Below are positions 26,063 through 32,000 of a stretch of 32,000 bases of DNA, in pieces. The notes under the pieces are model-generated. The model was not told the DNA's origin. It was given only the letters and a program-made list of their open reading frames with translations, and searched no databases. Source of the DNA: Candidatus Lokiarchaeum ossiferum (lineage in GTDB: Archaea; Asgardarchaeota; Lokiarchaeia; Sigyniarchaeales; Promethearchaeaceae); contig CP104013.1 in the NCBI GenBank assembly GCA_025839675.1, positions 4,320,001-4,352,000 of the forward strand, written 5' to 3'. The first letter of the stretch is position 1. Every line of letters begins with the position of its first letter. Made by a program: the position numbers and the translations under genes.

Positions 26063-26911
26063 ATGTCAGCTCCTCCTCCTCGTTATGGTTTGCTTGTTGA
26101 AGATATGGCTCATGTGGGTGTTTATTTAGTGGATAAAAACACTCAATTATTGAAAGTTTTAGAATTAATGGATAAAAAGCAAATTTCTGCAGTAATAATT
26201 GAAGATTTAGATGATTTACTGCACTATTATATTATTTCACACACGGATATTGTCCGATTTTTAGTAAAAAATAGATCACATTTGGATTATCTAGGTTTGT
26301 TGGTCGGTGGAAAAACACTTATGCAAGAGACCAAAGCAAAAGATATAATGCGAGGACCCATCGAAATTATTCAGAAAGATACCCCGATTGATGAATTGAT
26401 TGGAATCTTGCTGAAAACGGGTTTTAAACGCGCAATTGTTGGTAATGAGAAAAATCAACCGATTGGTATTATTACGACAAAAGATATCATTAAATGGAAT
26501 TCCGTCTTGCTTCCTCCGGGTATTCCGTTTGTCTTAAGCGTTATGGAAATGGAATCTGGGTTAGTGTTATGTAAACACTTTTTTGAGCAAGATATTACCG
26601 ATGGTTTTCTTTCCATTTTGGGTGGATCGATATCAGCCGTTTCAGGAATCACCTCCGAAATTTTAAAGCATTCAGGCAATGTTCGGTTGATTGAGAAGGA
26701 TAATTATGAAATTATGCTAGAAACGGCTGGACAGATTGCTGCTTTTTTAGTTGTTGACCGATCCTCAATTACCTTACGTCGTAAACTCCAAAATTTTCTC
26801 CGCCAGTTTCGTGAAAAATATGCAAAGGAATTGCAAAGACGGAAAGATTCGCGTGGATTAACGCCCGTTAATGTCTTTAACATTCAAAAAATGGCTGAAA
26901 TGTTCAAATAA
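26063..26911 (+). CDS. CBS-pair protein fused to a C-terminal roadblock/longin-like module
   Basis: ATG 26063 (MSAPPPRYG..) is preferred to the tracked 25979 start, which overlaps proS. CBS1 is VYLVDKNTQLLKVLELMDKKQISAVIIED. CBS2 is IEIIQKDTPIDELIGILLKTGFKRAIVGNEKNQPIGIITTKDIIKW. Then PFVLSVMEMESGLVLCKHFF....DGFLSILGGSISAVSGITSEIL...VRLIEKDNYEIMLETAGQIAAFLVVDR. Confidence 0.75.
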   Translation: MSAPPPRYGLLVEDMAHVGVYLVDKNTQLLKVLELMDKKQISAVIIEDLDDLLHYYIISHTDIVRFLVKNRSHLDYLGLLVGGKTLMQETKAKDIMRGPIEIIQKDTPIDELIGILLKTGFKRAIVGNEKNQPIGIITTKDIIKWNSVLLPPGIPFVLSVMEMESGLVLCKHFFEQDITDGFLSILGGSISAVSGITSEILKHSGNVRLIEKDNYEIMLETAGQIAAFLVVDRSSITLRRKLQNFLRQFREKYAKELQRRKDSRGLTPVNVFNIQKMAEMFK

Positions 26912-26931
26912 GTAAAAAAAAAGGCAATTGA

Positions 26932-27639
26932 TTATTTTTCTCGAGAAGTTATTGTTCCATCAGCTTGTCCAAAGAATGCTTTGATTGCCATGTTGGTAAA
27001 CAATCCCGTTTCGACTACACCGGTCATCATTGTGAGTTTTTCATTAAGGGTGATTGGATCTTGAATTATCCCGAAATCAGCATCAATTATAAAATTACCA
27101 TTATCAGAAATGATTGGTCCTGCTTTGTTTTTCGCCATTCGTAACGTAGGTTTTCCTCCCATTTTCTTGATCTTATTTATAATAGGGACATAGGCCATTG
27201 GCACGACTTCAATTGGGACTCCTTTTTTCCATTTTTCACCTAAGGATTTTGAATCTTTCCTATAATCTGCAATAATGACGAGTTGCTTGGATACACTTGC
27301 AACAATTTTCTCTTGGACTTGACAACCTCCTCCTCCTTTAATCAAATGTAATTTATCATCAACTTCATCTGCCCCATCAATATCCACATCAATTTCGGGA
27401 TGTCTTGAGAGATCACCTAAAGTTAATCCTCCGTCAACTATCAACTGGATCGATTGAAAGGAAGTAGGGATGCAAATAACCTTTAAGTTTTCATTTTTAA
27501 CTCGTTCAATCAAGCGTTTAACTGCATAAACTACTGTAGATCCACTTCCAATTCCCAATACCATTCCATCTTTAACAAATTCGTCCACAGCTGCATATCC
27601 CGCTTTTTTCTTAGCAAGTTCGATTGGTGTTTGACTCAT
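26932..27639 (-). CDS. rpiA: Ribose-5-phosphate isomerase A
   Basis: GIGSGSTVVYAV, DIDGADEVD, LIKGGGGCQVQEKI, and length 235 aa. Confidence 0.93.
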   Translation of the reverse strand: MSQTPIELAKKKAGYAAVDEFVKDGMVLGIGSGSTVVYAVKRLIERVKNENLKVICIPTSFQSIQLIVDGGLTLGDLSRHPEIDVDIDGADEVDDKLHLIKGGGGCQVQEKIVASVSKQLVIIADYRKDSKSLGEKWKKGVPIEVVPMAYVPIINKIKKMGGKPTLRMAKNKAGPIISDNGNFIIDADFGIIQDPITLNEKLTMMTGVVETGLFTNMAIKAFFGQADGTITSREK

Positions 27640-27968
27640 ATGATTATCAAACCATAACCCTATTTGATTTTTGTTTTAATTAGAAAATCATAATAGTGAA
27701 TAAAAAAGGATTAAATTTTCCAAAAATTAACCATTAATAGATCAAATTTTAAGAACTGAAGAAAATGGAAAAATTAAATACTGGAAATTCAAAAAATAAG
27801 AAACTTATCACAAAAATGATTTCTCAGATCATCAAGACGAAACCATTAGATTTCAAAATGAATATAGGATCCAGAAAGGCTCTGATCGAAGGGGAAACGA
27901 ATGATTTAACTCATCGATTTCTAAAATTGTTCCAAAATCAAAAAAAGTATTCTTTTAATTAATGGTGA

Positions 27969-29171
27969 ATGCAAATGGTTGAAGCAATTATTCTTTCTTT
28001 CGAGACAAAAGAAAAAAGTTTCGAAATTCTTACACAATATCCTTCAGATTTTCAGATGATCTCCTCTTCTTTTCAATCCCTTCACGACCAACTTAAGGAT
28101 CATAGCTCCAATAGGGTTTTAACATATAAGGATGATTTATATTTTTTCTCTGCTTATTCTTTTGGAAGTGACCAAGAATTTAGCGTTATTTTTGTCCATG
28201 AAAATCCTGAAGCTAATGTTAATTATGAAAAAGCTCTAATCGATCTTACCACCGAAATTTTGATAGGAATCGGACCTATTTTATTAAAAACACCTCAAAA
28301 GGTGCAATCCGATTCTAATCTGGTGCAAAAAATTGAAAATATACTCATTTCAAATTTTAAAATTGGTAGTCTTTATCTTTTCAAAGATCCAAATCTGCAG
28401 TTAATTTTAACCATGAGAAATCCTCTAAAACGAGCCATTTTTCAAATTCTTCGGAAAAATGGATCCATTGCAAAAAAACAGCTTATAGATCAATTACAAA
28501 TTCAATTTTCCTCAAATTTTCTTAATGTGGATGCAGTTTTACATTTGCTAACAAATGATGGATTTATCAAACAAAAATATCATGATGATTTATTGGATGT
28601 TTATGTTTATCTAGTTAGCGATTTGCTTCTTTATAGAGTTCCTCCTCTAAATTTGGCAGATTCTTTACTAAAATCAGAAATAAAAAATGATTTAGAGAAG
28701 CAATATCTTCAAGAATTAATTGGCTTTTTTAAAAGTTATCAGTTCGATGAAAGATATGAACTAGAAACGGTTGTTCCTACCATTTTCAATTTAGATATTT
28801 ATTCTATTATTCATAATTTACGAGTAAAATTATTCAAACGAATTGATTTGGAACATAAATTATATGGAGAATTTGGACAAGATTCTCTGAATCTGGTCTT
28901 ACATCAGCTTTTCAAAGCAAAATTCATTACCATAATGAATGATGAAATGGGAAGAGAAATTATTGGCTTGATTAGTGAATTTAAGGGAAAGAAATTTACT
29001 CCTCTTTATTTATTGGAGATCCTTCAGTCCCAATATCAACAAAAGTATCAAGTTCCGCAAGTTATTTTACAACATCTTTTCTTTTTACTGAAAGAAGGTA
29101 ATGAAATCGAAGGAAAGCTTAAAAAATTATATGATGAATTCATTATGACTTACCCTTCTTTAAAATCCTAA
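27969..29171 (+). CDS. Hypothetical protein: N-terminal longin-like module followed by two WH-like modules
   Basis: N-terminus VEAIILSFETKEKSFEILTQYP...FQSLHDQL...VLTYKDDLYFFSAYSF...EFSVIFVHEN...YEKALIDLTTEIL fits a beta-beta-alpha-beta-beta-beta-alpha pattern. WH-like segments are LKRAIFQILRKNGSIAKKQLIDQLQ...VDAVLHLLTNDGFIKQKY and IIHNLRVKLFKRIDLEHKLYGEFG..LNLVLHQLFKAKFITIMND. No P-loop or catalytic motif seen. Confidence 0.65.
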   Translation: MQMVEAIILSFETKEKSFEILTQYPSDFQMISSSFQSLHDQLKDHSSNRVLTYKDDLYFFSAYSFGSDQEFSVIFVHENPEANVNYEKALIDLTTEILIGIGPILLKTPQKVQSDSNLVQKIENILISNFKIGSLYLFKDPNLQLILTMRNPLKRAIFQILRKNGSIAKKQLIDQLQIQFSSNFLNVDAVLHLLTNDGFIKQKYHDDLLDVYVYLVSDLLLYRVPPLNLADSLLKSEIKNDLEKQYLQELIGFFKSYQFDERYELETVVPTIFNLDIYSIIHNLRVKLFKRIDLEHKLYGEFGQDSLNLVLHQLFKAKFITIMNDEMGREIIGLISEFKGKKFTPLYLLEILQSQYQQKYQVPQVILQHLFFLLKEGNEIEGKLKKLYDEFIMTYPSLKS

Positions 29172-29178
29172 ATATAGA

Positions 29179-31308
29179 GTGAAATATATGACAATTGAAT
29201 GTTTAGATGAATGCAAATGGGTTTTAAATACCCAAAAAACTACATACGCTTTTGGACTCGGTGTAGACGAAATGCTAACCCATCTTTATTGGGGACCAAG
29301 ATTGAGTTTTTCTTCTGATATTCCCGAACCGCTACGAACTTTTCATGCATCATTCAATAATATGCGAGATATGGCTAATTTGGAATATCCTTCTCAAAGT
29401 GGGATGGCATATCATGAAGTTTGTTTGAAAGCAAGACTGCACGATGGAAGCAGAGATGTCATTTTAAATTATGATTCTTATTCAATCGGTGACGTTGAAA
29501 TACGCGAAGAAAAATGTCCTAAATTGACCGTGATCTTGAAAGACCCTCACTATTCTCTGACGGTTCATTTACATTATATAGTGTATGAAAAATATGATCT
29601 CATCGAGCGCTATAGTGAAATTATTAATACTGGCTCAGAATTAATTCAGCTGGATCAAGCTTTTTCTGCCGCTTTTTATGTTCCCGAAGGTTTTCCTTAT
29701 CGATTAACAACAATTTCAGGGGGGTGGGCAGCTGAGTATACTTTGAACCAAGAAATGTTAGTTCCTGGGAAAAAAGTTATTGAAAGCCGTCGGGGCGCTA
29801 CTAGTCACAACAGTCATCCATGGTTTGCTTTAGATCACGGAAATTCTCAGGAATGTTCTGGAGATGTGTGGTTTGGTGCGTTAAGGTGGAGTGGGAATTG
29901 GAAAATGTCATTTGAACATACACCAAGAAATCAGATCCGAATTCTCGCCGGTTTGAACAATTATGATTTTACTTGGGGATTGTTACCAAAAAATCCATTA
30001 ATCACACCAAGTGTTATTTTAGGGTTTACAAGCCAGGGATTTGGACAGGCTAGCCGTAATTTACATCATTTTCAAGAAGATTTAATTTTACCGAAAAAAC
30101 ATAATAAAAAATTACGAAAAATACTCTACAATTCCTGGGAAGCAACTTATTTTGATGTCAATCTTGAAAATCAGACTTCTCTTGCAGAAAAAGCTGCTTC
30201 TATTGGAGTAGAATTGTTTGTTATGGATGATGGGTGGTTTGGTCAACGAAATACTGATATGGCGGGACTTGGAGATTGGTATGTCAATACTCAAAAATTT
30301 CCCGAAGGATTAGACCCCCTAATAAATAAAGTTAATGAGTTAGGTATGGATTTTGGATTGTGGGTTGAACCTGAAATGGTGAATCCAGATAGTGATCTTT
30401 ATCGAGCTCATCCCGAATGGGTGTTTCAATTTCCCAATCGTGAAATAACTCGTGCTCGTCATCAGCTTAATTTGAATTTAGCTAAACCAGAGGTGAAGGA
30501 CTTTGTTTTTCATATGGTAGATGATTTACTCAATAAATATAATATCAAATTTATTAAATGGGACTGGAACAAGTCTATTAGTGAACCGGGTTGGCCTGAT
30601 GTCCCCAAAGAACATCAGCAAGAAGTAATGGTGCATTATATTAAAAATTTGTATGATATTTTTTCAAAATTACGTGTCAGTCATCCAAATGTGGTATTTG
30701 AAACATGTTCTGGGGGTGGCGGGCGAATTGATATGGGAATTTTGAGTTTTACTGATCAGGCATGGATATCTGACAATACTAATCCTTATGATCGTTTGTT
30801 TATCCAAGAAGGCTATTCTCACATCTATTGTCCGAAATCCATGGTCTGTTGGGTTACCGATGCTGGGGACGATAATCTATTTTCGCTAAAATACCGGTTT
30901 TATAGTTCTATGATGGGAACGTTGGGAATTGGGGCAAATCTTAACAATTATACTGAAAAACAATTAAAAATTGCAAAAAAGCATATCAAAAGATATAAAG
31001 AAATTCGTCCGTTAATTCAAGAGGGAGAAATGTATAGATTACTCTCCCCTCGAGCTGGAAACGTTTCTGCGGTTCAGTATATGAATGTGGAAAAAACCGA
31101 AGGAGTGGTATTTATATTCTTGCAATCTTCGAAATTTCCCGAAAATCGGTTCCGCTTGATATTTCAAGGATTAAATCCTGAATCACAATACAAAATATCA
31201 AAAATTTCTCAAAAATTGAGCGGAAGACTACTCATGTCCTTAGGGGCCTTGATAACTTTGGATGGACATTTTAAGTCTGAGTTGTTAAAAGTTACACAAA
31301 TAGAATAG
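29179..31308 (+). CDS. Alpha-galactosidase, glycoside hydrolase family 36
   Basis: FVMDDGWFG, nucleophile region IKFIKWDWN, acid/base region FETCSGGGGRIDMG, and length about 700 aa. GTG 29179 or ATG 29188 are both possible starts. Confidence 0.9.
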   Translation: MKYMTIECLDECKWVLNTQKTTYAFGLGVDEMLTHLYWGPRLSFSSDIPEPLRTFHASFNNMRDMANLEYPSQSGMAYHEVCLKARLHDGSRDVILNYDSYSIGDVEIREEKCPKLTVILKDPHYSLTVHLHYIVYEKYDLIERYSEIINTGSELIQLDQAFSAAFYVPEGFPYRLTTISGGWAAEYTLNQEMLVPGKKVIESRRGATSHNSHPWFALDHGNSQECSGDVWFGALRWSGNWKMSFEHTPRNQIRILAGLNNYDFTWGLLPKNPLITPSVILGFTSQGFGQASRNLHHFQEDLILPKKHNKKLRKILYNSWEATYFDVNLENQTSLAEKAASIGVELFVMDDGWFGQRNTDMAGLGDWYVNTQKFPEGLDPLINKVNELGMDFGLWVEPEMVNPDSDLYRAHPEWVFQFPNREITRARHQLNLNLAKPEVKDFVFHMVDDLLNKYNIKFIKWDWNKSISEPGWPDVPKEHQQEVMVHYIKNLYDIFSKLRVSHPNVVFETCSGGGGRIDMGILSFTDQAWISDNTNPYDRLFIQEGYSHIYCPKSMVCWVTDAGDDNLFSLKYRFYSSMMGTLGIGANLNNYTEKQLKIAKKHIKRYKEIRPLIQEGEMYRLLSPRAGNVSAVQYMNVEKTEGVVFIFLQSSKFPENRFRLIFQGLNPESQYKISKISQKLSGRLLMSLGALITLDGHFKSELLKVTQIE

Positions 31309-31368
31309 AAGTATTTTTTTAACTTTGTAAAAAGCAAATTTTTTCTGATTTCTTTTCTTTTTCTCCCT

Positions 31369-32000
31369 ATGGATTATATCTTGGGGTTAGCTCAGTTCTT
31401 TGAAAAGCTACTTGAAAATAAAAATTTAACTTCTAAAAAATTATCAAAGTTCATCAAACCTGCCAAGAAAGGTTTGAAAATTGATTTTGCGATGAATTGT
31501 TTTGCATTAAAAAGAGATTTAAATAAAGATGGTCCTGAAATTGCCCAGGATATTATTAATTTAATCACTGAAGATGTATTGTTGCACTTTCCATTTATCG
31601 CTGCCATCGAAGGTGATGGTCCTTATATTAATATAATATTAAACAAAGCAAGTATGGCTGCCGATATTTTTCCTCAAATTCTCTCCGATGTGCGCACTTA
31701 TGCAAAATCTCATTACTTAAAAACTCAAAAATCCGCTCGATTGGTGGTAGAATATCCAAGTCCGAATACTAATAAACCACTTCATTTAGGTCACGTTCGT
31801 AATATGCTATTGGGACAATCACTATCATTAATTAATCAAAAAGTTGATAATACTGTTTTTCAAACAAACTTGTTTAATGATCGGGGGATTCATATCTGCA
31901 AAAGTATGTGGGCTTATCAAAAATTTGGAGAAAAAAAGACTCCTGAATCTGAAAACCGTAAATCTGATCATTTTGTGGGTGATTTTTATGTCAAGTTTGC
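31369..32000 (+). CDS. argS: Arginyl-tRNA synthetase, N-terminal part (continues beyond the window)
   Basis: This frame is not in the supplied ORF track because it lacks a stop in the window. ATG 31369: MDYILGLAQFFEKLL... then GPYINIILNK, VVEYPSPNTNKPLHLGHVRNMLLGQSL (HIGH-type motif) and NDRGIHICKSMW. Confidence 0.9.
   Translation, partial: MDYILGLAQFFEKLLENKNLTSKKLSKFIKPAKKGLKIDFAMNCFALKRDLNKDGPEIAQDIINLITEDVLLHFPFIAAIEGDGPYINIILNKASMAADIFPQILSDVRTYAKSHYLKTQKSARLVVEYPSPNTNKPLHLGHVRNMLLGQSLSLINQKVDNTVFQTNLFNDRGIHICKSMWAYQKFGEKKTPESENRKSDHFVGDFYVKF

Noticed and set aside
27765-27962. 65-aa Lys-rich ORF between rpiA and the longin/WH gene
   Set aside because: The only support is an open frame in a divergent promoter region. 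The low-complexity K/N-rich sequence is typical of AT-rich non-coding DNA. It is kept as a remark under the 27969 finding only.
1-32000. Search by eye for tRNA, rRNA, CRISPR repeats, inteins and tandem repeats
   Set aside because: I found no T-loop/acceptor-like GC-rich 70-90-nt segments, no regularly spaced direct repeats, and no insertions in ProRS, AhcY, RpiA or PsmB. Eye-scanning has limited sensitivity, so tRNAscan-SE, Infernal and a CRISPR finder should confirm this.

Overview
This is an AT-rich archaeal chromosomal window. The archaeal assignment rests on a 20S proteasome beta subunit, an archaeal/eukaryal-type ProRS, ArgRS, AhcY, RpiA, a UPF0179 protein and oligo-T terminators. Several proteins combine longin/roadblock-like alpha/beta modules with winged-helix (WH) modules, which suggests an Asgard (Lokiarchaeia-like) origin; that placement is inference only. 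I support about 30 protein genes: housekeeping enzymes interspersed with regulators (tandem Lrp/AsnC, double-wHTH ArsR-like, GAF sensor), membrane and surface proteins (CPBP protease, EamA transporter, 7-TM protein, NosD-like beta-helix surface protein) and bacterial-type hydrolases (beta-lactamase-fold, C45/Ntn, GH36 alpha-galactosidase). I recognised no tRNA, rRNA or CRISPR array. The clearest accessory feature is an IS110-family (DEDD recombinase) insertion sequence at about 10.16-11.99 kb. It is visibly more GC-rich than its surroundings. Its roughly 235-nt leader is densely structured and is my best candidate for the non-obvious signal, a recombinase-guiding bridge/seek-type RNA. Second-tier observations are: (1) a large protein near the proteasome gene with 4-5 tandem PCI-like WH modules, whose zinc-finger N-terminus lies upstream of any canonical start codon; (2) three separate longin/roadblock-like proteins; (3) a GAF sensor with an uncharacterised Cys/His tail; (4) two further start-less open frames. 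All functional calls come from motif recognition by eye, and no database search was run.
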